A stretch of DNA of 64,000 nucleotides from an uncultured virus (IMG/VR IMGVR_UViG_3300030118_002829) (Duplodnaviria > Heunggongvirae > Uroviricota > Caudoviricetes). The position numbers and the translations under genes were made by a program. The stretch spans positions 1 to 64,000 of IMG/VR virus record IMGVR_UViG_3300030118_002829. One strand, written 5' to 3'. Below the pieces are notes generated by a model. The model worked only from the letters and a program-made list of their open reading frames with translations. It was not told where the DNA came from and did no database searches. Each line of letters opens with the position of its first letter. The first letter of the stretch is position 1. Of the stretch, positions 20,801-28,509 are shown piece by piece.

Positions 20801-22359
20801 TTGTTATGGTCTAAATCAACAGAACATGAAAGCACATCTATTATCAAGAAAACTGCATCTAAAGCAGGGTCCGTTGAAGCCGCTTGGTCAGCCGCTAAAT
20901 CTCCTACATCTAAAGTCATAGTTGTTGCAGTAACATCAGTGGCACTATCAATACAATATGTATCATTATTAGAACCATTAGTGGCATTTCTTATTACTAT
21001 TCTAGTATCTCTTAAGATGCCATTTAGACCCCAAGCAGTCCTATCACCATCTAATGTTTCAGTTCCATTATTAGTAATAGTTGCCCCCGAAGCCCCTTGA
21101 AATGCTTCTCCGTTTACTGCGGCTAATGTGATGGTATCAGCACTACTTCCATTTTCATTTAATGCTATACCATTATCGGCAAATACAATATAATCCATTG
21201 CCGCAGGGTCATCTGCTTTATACATCATATCTACCAAAGTAGCCTCCATAGTAAATGGGCCATAATCTACAATGTGCGCTTCATGTTCTTGGTCAGTAAC
21301 GAAAGTAGAATAAGTGTAAGTATGGCTGGAACCATTCCATGATGAACTTCTAAGAATATATCTTGTAGCAGGTTCTAATCTATCCTTTCCGTTTAAGAAA
21401 AAGAAAAACGGTCTAGATACATGGGTGTTAATATGATGCCGTATGCTAGAATCAGAAGCCTGTAAACCATAAGCGCAAGCAACTAATGTTTGATTATCTG
21501 AATCTATTTTAGGTAAACTGGAATTTAAAGATGAGAAGATAGCAAATTTAGTATCTTTAGGAATATCTACGCCCAATGAAGGGCTAAATTCTATTTTATC
21601 TCCAAATATATCATCTTGTAATATCTCTGTTATTTTAGCAAAATGATGTTGATTAGCATCGTCAGAATAAACCAAGACCCATAAATGGTCAATATTATCT
21701 ATTTCATAAACTTGAGATTCATCAGCATGACTAGTAATAATAGAATTATTATGTCCTCTGATTACTTGTAATGTAGAACCAACTACTCTCATAACGAACA
21801 TCTGCTCATTTTCAATAATTATAACATCACCTGCGGCAATACTAGCGGTAGAATCAACCACTACTTGAGTAGTTGAATCGTCTATTGCGCCATTTAATGT
21901 AGTTCTTATATTAACAAATGATTGTCCTGTTAAAGTTAAATAATCAAATATTTTTAGTTGATTGCCTCTAGTTGATTCTAGATTAGATAGATGGTCACTA
22001 ATAGTAGTAGAATTAGGATACACTCGATTTACTGCCGAGTATGTCTGTGTTGAACTGTTTGATTGATTGATACCATTTACTGAATTAGTTAATACAGTAT
22101 TATCGGCCTTATGAATTTCATAACTATTTATTGTAGCATCAGCAGTAGCAGCAGTAAAATCATCAAAATTTTCTGTTACTGTTCCTCTTGTTAGTAGAGG
22201 ATTAAGTGGAGTTTTGTAAATTGCTTGTTGTAAAAAATTATTAGCGTAATTAGTATTTGAAGTAGGAGCAGTAGATATTTTAACTTGACCGCTAGTGCTT
22301 TCGGTAATTCCTTTACCCATAGCAAAGACACCAGTAAAATTACCCATGCCTTTGGTCAT
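11830..22359 (-). CDS. Giant tail hub/adsorption protein (3509 aa)
   Basis: VFKGTVESV...KIRGRN and C-terminal YNEVIVYG...SIDKFG...AGDIVTL hub-like segments separated by many inserted beta modules. Confidence 0.72.
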   Translation of the reverse strand: MTKGMGNFTGVFAMGKGITESTSGQVKISTAPTSNTNYANNFLQQAIYKTPLNPLLTRGTVTENFDDFTAATADATINSYEIHKADNTVLTNSVNGINQSNSSTQTYSAVNRVYPNSTTISDHLSNLESTRGNQLKIFDYLTLTGQSFVNIRTTLNGAIDDSTTQVVVDSTASIAAGDVIIIENEQMFVMRVVGSTLQVIRGHNNSIITSHADESQVYEIDNIDHLWVLVYSDDANQHHFAKITEILQDDIFGDKIEFSPSLGVDIPKDTKFAIFSSLNSSLPKIDSDNQTLVACAYGLQASDSSIRHHINTHVSRPFFFFLNGKDRLEPATRYILRSSSWNGSSHTYTYSTFVTDQEHEAHIVDYGPFTMEATLVDMMYKADDPAAMDYIVFADNGIALNENGSSADTITLAAVNGEAFQGASGATITNNGTETLDGDRTAWGLNGILRDTRIVIRNATNGSNNDTYCIDSATDVTATTMTLDVGDLAADQAASTDPALDAVFLIIDVLSCSVDLDHNKMYCPVDSSNHLKNSFRMANRTTDDALYSTKTGYSRYMHYCDSPLTNTIIPNAMEMIEYESVTSTGGYVDIVFADTQKILAKKIKEGDSLLINQIVESEIVGKERTFPIAEIDRNTGSFSASSGVNTLEAINLGNEKDMRFFLSSVILNSSTSTTSRYDPLYDTITTNVDGTLYHFNIDTIFNKSNSNQNGTMQFMKVRSWRKATDTEYALTSASPMTNVPTFNATAFRRKYSFLADNLLTNIPIDTKINNYILTGAFSSNADGWNRNVTNFERLTQTLNPINDNLTGTGANTRPSLNVGEVQLERASQSRNNDIHLVLKGGQVTGHRIKVEYGDKHNSFLKLQTHLKDERLLENFNKTDDLVGLYSGLKTTHTSLYSYPVNSGNDADGNPRYDLARSNTSTRFYARGILSYLDYFSGTIDIEKTVFKGTVESVEQVIEDGMFKLKIRGRNTASELLGPVINKDFKFTEDIVYSTVGPVERMARVTKVDTTVTDHATHGITYTDDGVYPVGTTEIQISGITSSSDNPTIQKGDLLYTSQGIFLGRVHKITDVAGDGNFTPAVILFEEGIPTRLKDGEAIMCSFYETPTETFDFSSSDQLDVSSTVSTTRIPIRGNTISLAKSLSSNPYTTTRVNSLLGAKDKGIIFTGGKSLSLTDDNAPFKDGSNLVGTSSSSNPLAKGYSINSPEGIDFDFPFYCNVADEISNKYGVNYVNLHTVNSLTEYDVINLSSNERETVIEMAPICPAVLARVDNNPIDSRDKYLLQIGAFTSSEILGYNGVFQIAQASWMEELKQGDFIFDENGELFGKIIDISLGSSDGILNDRVAFTLDRPLFKTISATEKIMKYYGNASPAQYFSGTTIKFDGNSVAGTSFGSTQGWSVARLFSSDSATQTFLQSLEAGMRIKIEGPTNTLDNIGIFSVAHVFEDDTNDSEVILFTRKHPNGKKTTQSQGSFRDDTSGQTVRITVLTDYFTQGLYFLNTQGLSQGGVLTLTNPILSSPNEADNNCKPIKWASSLYHHITDTSLAHASGGIYNPNASAPTIFSDMIDRYGNTKWRYFGLQKGKYLSYINRRLKDGKIKTTYSLEKGKVNGYATAYRISDAKYGKNKLMKFPYGYHNNDFAWGVFRTTYTSSSDTSLGTSDYYTAEFTNGIKHNLSFLEYLSPESRDFRPVMGSNFADFDKYGTAIITPDHPRYRVGIYPRFMARLHDNHRGGDWQEDLDAPENSTIPHTILKYRKWKALSTDSNDFDYDIDYAGTGNPTYIDPNAGNSDTITQSLDSQWVKIGGQNDKNNNRTFKLSALGADVSGKFTLDVTKPPFTKIGTHTDTGAVGGSAQNSTGFEEITILHSPFIGPKFDGITRAKDHWELPDPKALRWFIFSPADMYPDSMSRKHHIGYSGIVNYDSSSETAISRRFSDYSLLLKSKSSFSNSNTPHEYYEGSLQNEEEIDDNYITVPISDSSIAPSQMKRFGLMRLIDCTYDWHFNLIDPERLPSDITQMTTPNFEYTRYQGLKKIHLRTTGSELFPAFYGDNNTIINLTGNPNSLLQKGDQLFTNTGHYIGKVKRTANAVTDSTCDVTNGDATITCDASANVFVGMEVRPSGSLSGWPSGQVSVTSINTGTEGTNVTSFEISSNYTGSTTSNVSLIFEHHIELEGASRKIIKSDGSAGLYDGYLYIVSDGTSTLAEQDYWDSFFRFHTKGKGGKNTFTVPTESVETHMLQQMWNAASHDASSQDTTYDLIPHTYHPVNGVKPYFFFQIPYGVVEQADDDSHGPLATNNPIGLAVNDDAYQKSDAGPDNTDIDVNISEPSNDDPSPKFLSSFTRNFIQAMGPQAIIDPVSNATDTSTGDTNYLTNLATTRYNPIIALPPAFRTFYATSASRISTGLTINNMQEKKYLVTKARTPINSGVFVNESDFSAGSQFTITVDDGSGGDSLATTKFPVNSVVYDPSNNPVGKVKAVTATQITLFSRNAKDLDNNDELHFTEDNTIDTEYCHPSNVLEFIQHGGNPYAGCSVISLASYTVEDSLPTNLPVGARTFIRNLQQKITKNFGHSRPKLTSPASSDSDRSEAIYGDGTGKLNTQTPFSNKSNEFNFLTTLGNFKSGFANSNSDLTQNANSFSYVGQGTGYVANGVFGVFHPELFLGGMEKVSLGAASGTQSEAENDKGLFAFHSINQQSRNSITDLKPDLGVLRILSSISPNETGASRNFNHNDKNSWLNFVDLTGMYLVANFGTEEGQKTTRRNFAPFSGELTVNTYGQVQPIEAYDIPAALVSPVFGTDGERSTKTRVIEEEFFLSNCSYSTSNAIVTYTGEEDIRNILRAGMIVKGYGMVAGGVVINSVDSATQFTLSHTPNAGPVLPDGSAGSNTLGFIGSGGGVTGLDNCMVDPDHIIYVHEHRRNVTGKEVAHELLIDNIPYNKNGEAQFFNNYRVMRPAETCLWPNSPNEISIGKLSGSTTKQPQSELMYGYVPSITNISSNNNFTGPDEEQILSDFAGFMGDNEPPMSMYLAVDMDARHSQYQTLGAININDKSSTVTSSGLFTSDKIQEGDVIKLKHSKYFVKSIESVNSLTIAGQYRGGNLTNETAYVCNNTYTVLRNYSHLFNPSGNRNTFKDGSSYNMLLTDGINRQKISMGVNTNYYDESSLCKLSIGSIENPFLGLVSFGEIFTIKSNVPVNLSDITSARIGSTLVIGSEVEDIVNNILSDEGISYDISDNREYPYYISPNFQGVDLFNASNFAAKYKQKEIRIDEKGISLIRQSNDLDFRDITLSYENKDLKIISVTRNKSTFDLYNEVIVYGNGVKSIKRNRKSIDKFGKKTLEEVNMELISQDDVDEKAKKLLKAHSEGDDRFTVRMSVTGIEFIKAGDIVTLDFPSEGVPKNTYKVYEIRRELKGLIELEVGTYRKDLANRFAELSMLNKSNAASIRGSQFTATTAPLDFFDSVKLKELSLVIRRIGLADTNAFTLGFQTSTSRKLDFGATMGPQETITEIIREEDLT

Positions 22360-24845
22360 GACTTATCCCCCTCAAATCTAAAGTAGACTAGAGTATTTCT
22401 AAAGTTAGGAACAAGAGTATCAATACTGTTGAACCTATCTTTGTATCCTCTAGTAATAGCAAATTCATGCATTTCTCCCATAAACTGTGAACCTCTCCTA
22501 GTCTCTAAAGAGTCGTTACCGTTAGAACCTAAGAAACAATCGGTAGCACTTAATTCAAATTCAGAAAAGTTTACTGTTGTTCTAATTGTAACATCAGTTA
22601 AAGTTCCATTACTAGTATTGAAAGAAGAACCTCCATTGACCGCAGATATACAATCAATCAAGAAAGAGTTTCCAGTTACCTCTAATACTTTCCAAACACC
22701 ATCTAAGTTAGTAATACCTGTTCCTTCTAATTTAACGAAATCATTTACCGCTAAATTAGGATTATCATGAGTGCTGACGGTTACATCTTCTCCTCCATCT
22801 CCTTGAATTGAAGCAATCCTAATTTTACCTTCACTAAATATTTCAGTATCTAATTCCTTACCATCTAAGAATAAACTAATACGATTAGCATTATTATCAT
22901 AAGCCATAGCAAGATGGAATGGTCTTAAAACATACGATGCTTCTTTCCATGTATCTCCTAATAGATGTGCGCCATATTCATCTGAATCTGCTAAACTATT
23001 ACCGCTACCATCTACTATCTTTAGACCATTAGTAAATCCAGTATCGGGTAGGGAACAATATAATGTTCTAGAAAAATCAAATTCTTCATTTGGTGAAATA
23101 AGATAATTAGTGCTAGTAGCACCTGTTAATCCGTATGAATTGAGAGCAGTGGTTCTAGCAGCAGTGCCATTTGACCCTCTAAAAACAAGTAATTTATTTC
23201 CTTCTATTCTTCTAATTTCCATTTGTTCAGTAATATTCCAGAGCATTCCTCCAACACTTAACTTACTAGCATCATCAACATAAATGGTAGTTTCAGTAGT
23301 TGTTCTTATTGGTTTAGTTAATTTACATTTAGCCACATAAGCAATATCACTTTTATTGGATGAACTATTTACATTGATATTAGCAATATATCCTAGATAT
23401 GTAGGCTGTTTTCCATGCTCCAAAGAAGTAGAATGAACACCAGTAGAACTAACTTGAGCATATAGATTACATCCTTTCCAAATATGCGGAGACATATCTA
23501 GATTAGAAGTATCAACACTTGTCGAATCATATTGATAATATGCACCTGCACCATCATTAAATGATAATCCATAATGGTTATTCTGATAATGAATCGCTAC
23601 TGTATTACTACTAGCATCTACAACTTCAGCAGTAAATAGATTAACACCAGAAGTAAAAGGTTCTAATTCTATCTCAGTAGTGCTTGTTTTTGTCTTAACT
23701 TTATAGTGTCCGTCATTTTTAGTCGAACCTATTACTTTAATGTAATCTCCTGTTCTTAATCCACTCGCAAATGTAGTATTCTGTAAAGCAATTTTATTAC
23801 CATCCCCGCCCGATAAATCTCCAAATACTACCTTTTGTCCTCCACCACTAGCAACAATGATTGGATTATCATAAAATCTCTCGGCATATATCTGACTAGA
23901 ACTTGTATTGATTTTCTTATGATACCTAACTATATCTTCTATTCCAAAGTAAACAGGTCTACCAAATACCTCATCTACTGATTCACTTTGTTCTACGGTC
24001 TTTCCAAAATATTCTTCATTAGCAGTAATAACAGGAACAGTGCTTTGGACTGTAACTGTTCTAATATGGCCATATCTATCTTTACCCTTAATTACACAAC
24101 CCAACTTATATTCAGCAGGTTGATTCATTGTTGTTCTTGTCATATTCTTTAGATAGAATTGGCATGTCTCATTATGGAATATTGTCATTTTATGATTAAT
24201 ACGATTATCACCATAAACTTCAGCATCAACAGAATGACTAGTAGCAGTGGTCCCGTTTTCTCCTCTAGCAACTACAATAGTATTAGTTGTTGATATACTT
24301 ACAACTCGCATCTGTTCATTACCTATTCTAATATTCGTTCCACCAATTATGTTTTCTATATTAGATAATGTTAAAGTTGTAGCAGAATTATTTATTGCTA
24401 CCGCTAGATAAGCAATATGCTCATGAGAAAAATATGCTGATGTTCTAGAACTACTATTGGTTTCTAATTGTCCTCTAGGAGAATAAAATTTATTCAAAGG
24501 TAATTCTAGAGAATCACTTCGATATTTAGTAGCAAGAGTAGGCGTTCCTCCTCCTGAGATATAATGTGCCGTTAGACGATGACCAAATCCATTTACATCA
24601 AAGGGAGTTATGATTCCTTCCATTGTAAAAGAATCAGCCAATGACCAAAGACCATATTTTGCATCGTCATCATCAGCAGTTTCATCAATCTCAATACCAT
24701 GAGTTGATTCACTATAAGATGCACCATCAGGTCCTTTAGGAATATGCTTACTGTAATCTAGATGAACATAGCCATCTCCCATAATAGGAAAGACCAATGC
24801 TTTCTTGTTACCTGCATATATTCTATAATTTGACATCTTAATCAC
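22356..24845 (-). CDS. Tail protein with interrupted LamG/concanavalin-like domain
   Basis: FTMEGIITP ... FHLAMAYD...LFLDG ... FLGS...FMGEMHEFAI...LVYFRF; shares modules with the 3509-aa protein. Confidence 0.65.
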   Translation of the reverse strand: MIKMSNYRIYAGNKKALVFPIMGDGYVHLDYSKHIPKGPDGASYSESTHGIEIDETADDDDAKYGLWSLADSFTMEGIITPFDVNGFGHRLTAHYISGGGTPTLATKYRSDSLELPLNKFYSPRGQLETNSSSRTSAYFSHEHIAYLAVAINNSATTLTLSNIENIIGGTNIRIGNEQMRVVSISTTNTIVVARGENGTTATSHSVDAEVYGDNRINHKMTIFHNETCQFYLKNMTRTTMNQPAEYKLGCVIKGKDRYGHIRTVTVQSTVPVITANEEYFGKTVEQSESVDEVFGRPVYFGIEDIVRYHKKINTSSSQIYAERFYDNPIIVASGGGQKVVFGDLSGGDGNKIALQNTTFASGLRTGDYIKVIGSTKNDGHYKVKTKTSTTEIELEPFTSGVNLFTAEVVDASSNTVAIHYQNNHYGLSFNDGAGAYYQYDSTSVDTSNLDMSPHIWKGCNLYAQVSSTGVHSTSLEHGKQPTYLGYIANINVNSSSNKSDIAYVAKCKLTKPIRTTTETTIYVDDASKLSVGGMLWNITEQMEIRRIEGNKLLVFRGSNGTAARTTALNSYGLTGATSTNYLISPNEEFDFSRTLYCSLPDTGFTNGLKIVDGSGNSLADSDEYGAHLLGDTWKEASYVLRPFHLAMAYDNNANRISLFLDGKELDTEIFSEGKIRIASIQGDGGEDVTVSTHDNPNLAVNDFVKLEGTGITNLDGVWKVLEVTGNSFLIDCISAVNGGSSFNTSNGTLTDVTIRTTVNFSEFELSATDCFLGSNGNDSLETRRGSQFMGEMHEFAITRGYKDRFNSIDTLVPNFRNTLVYFRFEGDKS

Positions 24846-25636
24846 AAACTTGCAAAGGCTACTTCAAACTGCATATTAAATTCAACAAACGGTTGGCCTC
24901 CTACAAGTGTAGTATCAAAAGACCTAACGAATCCAGCAACTCCTTCTGTAATATTTACTGAGGTATTGATTGGCTTAGGAAATCTAGAAATTGGTAAACT
25001 AAATTTAGCATCTAGTTCTGATGCTCCTTTATCTCTAACTCCATAATTAAATGGCACTAAGGGAGCATCTTCTACGGAAGTCTTAGAACCAACAGTAAGT
25101 GATTCACCCGAAGCACTTTCATCATGATAGGTCCAATTAGGACCAACTCTAGAGGGAATTAGAATGTTTAATTTATTTAGATTCTGATTGGGTTGCATGA
25201 ATGATGAATCAACATAAGAGTGTATTAGTTGAGCAACTTCTTGTGCAGTCATAAAAACAGTGCATCTCTTTCCATCGGCATCTGTATATGTATTATTAGA
25301 ATCAGTTGGGTCTACTTCACTTTCGGGTAAATCGTTTGGAGAAAATTGTTTTGTGATATTCTGTTCAGTTATGATTCCACTAAGAGAAATTGATTTTGTT
25401 GCCATACCTAAATCAAGACCTAGAGATACTGATTCACCAGTAGCAATACCAACGGCAGGTGTAGGAAAAGACATAATATTCTTAGCAGTGGATATAGATA
25501 CATTATCACATTTAAGAGCAATACGATTTGAAGAAAACGATTCCTGTGTAGAAGAATTAGCATCATCACTAAATGAACTTCTAGAACTCAAATCAAGGAA
25601 AACATAGTGCGTATTATCGGGCGATTGAGTTACCAT
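24842..25636 (-). CDS. Putative distal tail protein
   Basis: Immediately after tape measure; DLGMATKSISLSGII and G.VRSF...F.MQF beta pattern. Confidence 0.55.
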   Translation of the reverse strand: MVTQSPDNTHYVFLDLSSRSSFSDDANSSTQESFSSNRIALKCDNVSISTAKNIMSFPTPAVGIATGESVSLGLDLGMATKSISLSGIITEQNITKQFSPNDLPESEVDPTDSNNTYTDADGKRCTVFMTAQEVAQLIHSYVDSSFMQPNQNLNKLNILIPSRVGPNWTYHDESASGESLTVGSKTSVEDAPLVPFNYGVRDKGASELDAKFSLPISRFPKPINTSVNITEGVAGFVRSFDTTLVGGQPFVEFNMQFEVAFASL

Positions 25637-25638
25637 AT

Positions 25639-27621
25639 CTAGAACCTCACATTAGTAGACGAAGAAGTGGTTCTATTTATTTCGGTGCTAACCATTCTAC
25701 CTATCTTCTTTGCAATATCTCTTAATTCAGTATCAGATGCGCCTAACCTTCCATTGACATTAACGCTAATATTGTTAGTAACATGACCTCCCATCATTGT
25801 TTTTGTAGTATCATTTGAATGCACACTCGTTCCTTTTGGAAGATTAATTAGTTCGGGTCCTCTTTCACCAACCATTGTCATTCCTCCTTGAGCAATACCT
25901 CCTGTTTGCATTCCAAAGAAACCTTTTATTTTGCCACCTATACTCTTTAATCTCTTTGAAGGACTTAAGGCGTTTTTGAGTGATTGAATTTTATCACTGA
26001 AATATTCTTTGACTGTTCCCCAAAAATCTTTAATTTTGTTAAACATAGCAGTTACCGCCATTCCTAGGTAATCTGGTATTTTTTTAATAAAACCTAATAC
26101 AGTGTCTTTCCAAAAACTAGGGTCAGTAACTTTGTCTATGATAGCAAGATAAATTTCAAACATCATAGAAAAGTAAGCAACTATTAAATTAACCGCTAAT
26201 TTAACTGCACCTTTGAGAACACTAAAGATTATTTTACCTAAGCCTTTATACAATCCTAATATTCCCTTAAACAGTTTTTCAAATCTTTCTTTGAGGGTTC
26301 CTCCACCAAAGAATGCTTCAAAGATTAGAATAGCCCCGCCAAACATTTCTTTAATTCCTTCAAATACTCCACTTAGCGTTTCCATAATTACAGACAATAC
26401 TTCTGCTTTCTCAAATATCTTTTTAATAAAGACAAAGGCGAGTAATGCTCCTACTAGGAATAAGACAAAATACATTGAATAGAGCATAGCCATTTTTGCT
26501 ACTTTACCCACAATGGAGAAAATAGGACCTACTCCTTTCCATATTGTTGCAATAAAACCGCCATTATTTCTAATAGTCGTTCTTAAATTTTTTAATTTAT
26601 TCGATAGATTCCCAAGTGCTTTTTTAGGGTTTTTTACAAATCTAATCACTCCTCTTGCTACTGCAACAAAGGGTTTCAAAGGCATAGTAAAGAACTTAGT
26701 TGCTAATTTTACCATAGGAAATATAGGTTTAAATGTCTGAGATAATGATTTTCCTATATCTGATTTTGCACCGCCTAAGTCCCCTTTAATTAATTTAGCA
26801 AGTCCCGTTAGTGTTCCTCTTTCTTGTTCCTTTAACTTATCAGCCATGCCTCCGCCTACTGATTTAGAGAATTGTCCCATTCTTCCTCTAGCACTTCTTT
26901 CCTCTTTTGTAGCCCTATCTAAAACGCTTTTGTCTACCTTGCCTTTAGCCTCCATTTTTCTTAATTTACGAACTAAAGATATTGCTCTTTTTTGGTCTTT
27001 AGCCAATTTTTTGTATTTAGCCATATCAGCCTTATCTCTTATTTTCTTTTCTGCTGCTAATGATTTTTGTAATTCTTTACCTTCAACTACTAAATTTCCC
27101 TTTAGTTTTTTAAGAGTCATATCATAAGCATTACGAGTCCTTGCTAATGCTAATTCTCTTGCCTCGGCTTCCTTTTTAGCGGCTTCTACCGCAGTATCCT
27201 TTGCACTTGCAGTAGCGGCTTTTAAGGCATCAAAAGTAATCTTATATTCTAAGTTAGATTCTATTAGTTCCTTATGAGTTCCCGCCTGTTTTAATAGTTT
27301 TAATTGACTTTCTACTTCATCTATATTATTGGTCAATTCTCCCATTGCTTTTGCTTGTTCATTAGCGGCCTTTGTTGCTTCTTCAGTTTTAGAATAATAA
27401 AAGTCCATTGCCTGTCCTACTGACCTAAGATAGTTCTGTAATCTCCATAGAGAACTTCCCGATAATACACGACTAAACATAGTCCATGCTTTACTGTATT
27501 TTCCTACACCGTTTGAGGCTTCAGCAAAACTTCTACGAAGGCTTTTGTTCGTGGTATTAACTGCTTCTTGTGCCTTAGCCAAAGAATACATATCAACAGT
27601 TAATTCCTTTGTTTTACTCAT
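25639..27621 (-). CDS. Tape measure protein
   Basis: Coiled coil, hydrophobic helices, periodic aromatic repeats, C-terminal GG...VGERGPELINLP motif; follows the chaperones. Confidence 0.85.
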   Translation of the reverse strand: MSKTKELTVDMYSLAKAQEAVNTTNKSLRRSFAEASNGVGKYSKAWTMFSRVLSGSSLWRLQNYLRSVGQAMDFYYSKTEEATKAANEQAKAMGELTNNIDEVESQLKLLKQAGTHKELIESNLEYKITFDALKAATASAKDTAVEAAKKEAEARELALARTRNAYDMTLKKLKGNLVVEGKELQKSLAAEKKIRDKADMAKYKKLAKDQKRAISLVRKLRKMEAKGKVDKSVLDRATKEERSARGRMGQFSKSVGGGMADKLKEQERGTLTGLAKLIKGDLGGAKSDIGKSLSQTFKPIFPMVKLATKFFTMPLKPFVAVARGVIRFVKNPKKALGNLSNKLKNLRTTIRNNGGFIATIWKGVGPIFSIVGKVAKMAMLYSMYFVLFLVGALLAFVFIKKIFEKAEVLSVIMETLSGVFEGIKEMFGGAILIFEAFFGGGTLKERFEKLFKGILGLYKGLGKIIFSVLKGAVKLAVNLIVAYFSMMFEIYLAIIDKVTDPSFWKDTVLGFIKKIPDYLGMAVTAMFNKIKDFWGTVKEYFSDKIQSLKNALSPSKRLKSIGGKIKGFFGMQTGGIAQGGMTMVGERGPELINLPKGTSVHSNDTTKTMMGGHVTNNISVNVNGRLGASDTELRDIAKKIGRMVSTEINRTTSSSTNVRF

Positions 27622-27625
27622 TTGA

Positions 27626-27847
27626 TTACCTCTTAACCTTCTTCATTTCCTTGTCTAATTCTTCGGCCTTATACGCTTCCACTTCAGCATGAACCATTAA
27701 CATATCTCTAACCAGCGAGGCTGGCATTTGATATACATCTAATGGACTTATTGCTAATGCTTTTGAAAGGCTATAAACGGTAATTAGAGATACCATTCGG
27801 GGGTCTGATGACTTCCCTCTTACTGCATCTCTGATTCTGCGTTTTTT
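27626..27847 (-). CDS. Tail assembly chaperone -1 frameshift extension (gpGT-like)
   Basis: Slippery A AAA AAC at 27847-27841; the -1 frame is open (RRIRDAVRGK...EMKKVKR) to TAA at 27626, 4 nt before the tape measure ATG. Confidence 0.8.
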   Translation of the reverse strand, partial: KKRRIRDAVRGKSSDPRMVSLITVYSLSKALAISPLDVYQMPASLVRDMLMVHAEVEAYKAEELDKEMKKVKR

Positions 27848-28206
27848 GTATCATCCCCTGTTAATTCTTGAAGGGGATTAGGTAGAATATCTTTTAACTG
27901 AGAACCAAGATAAGGACTTAATCTAATTAAGTCTACTTTACCCAAAGGAGGCTCAGTCTTTTCTACAAAGTTATCAATCATATAATGATACAGATTATTT
28001 AAATCAATATCCATATCACCTGTCTTTGGATTAACAGTCATAACAGAAGCCAATGCCGCTTCTACTTGTAACCATGTAGGTTCTTTAACCCATATCTTTA
28101 GGTATTCATTACTATTCTCAGCAATCTTGAGATAGTATTCTTTCGGTTCATTTGCTGCAAAGAGCAAACTCTTATCACTAACTATTTTCTTATTTTCTTC
28201 TAACAT
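27820..28206 (-). CDS. Tail assembly chaperone (gpG-like)
   Basis: Between tail tube and tape measure; ATG at 28206 with AAGGTGG SD; slippery site near the 3' end. Confidence 0.8.
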   Translation of the reverse strand: MLEENKKIVSDKSLLFAANEPKEYYLKIAENSNEYLKIWVKEPTWLQVEAALASVMTVNPKTGDMDIDLNNLYHYMIDNFVEKTEPPLGKVDLIRLSPYLGSQLKDILPNPLQELTGDDTKNAESEMQ

Positions 28207-28260
28207 CTTATCCACCTTTTTTACCAACAAACATACAAACGGTGTTGGTGGAATCTAATA

Positions 28261-28509
28261 TCATTCGGAAGTTTCTGAACTTTCTTCTTCCTCCAATGTT
28301 TCTTGGGCTTCAACTTCAGCCTTTCTTTGTTCTTTAGCGGCTTGTCTTTCGGCTTCTTCAGCCTTAGCCTTTTCTTCTGCCGCTTTAGCCTTGGCTTTAG
28401 CCGCTTTTTCTTGAGCCTTTTTCTCGGCTCTTGTTCTCTTAGCCTGTTCTTCTTCGGCTATTCTTTGAGCGTATAGTCTTCTTTTCTCATACTTATCCAT
28501 TCTAATCAC
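28261..28509 (-). CDS. Small Lys/Ala/Glu-rich coiled-coil protein
   Basis: 82-aa charged helical low-complexity ORF. Confidence 0.65.
   Translation of the reverse strand: MIRMDKYEKRRLYAQRIAEEEQAKRTRAEKKAQEKAAKAKAKAAEEKAKAEEAERQAAKEQRKAEVEAQETLEEEESSETSE

Noticed and set aside
9313..24845. Diversity-generating retroelement or invertible tail-fibre system
   Set aside because: No reverse transcriptase, recombinase or template/variable repeat pair seen; the only repeat noticed is a short in-frame one near 10538-10595
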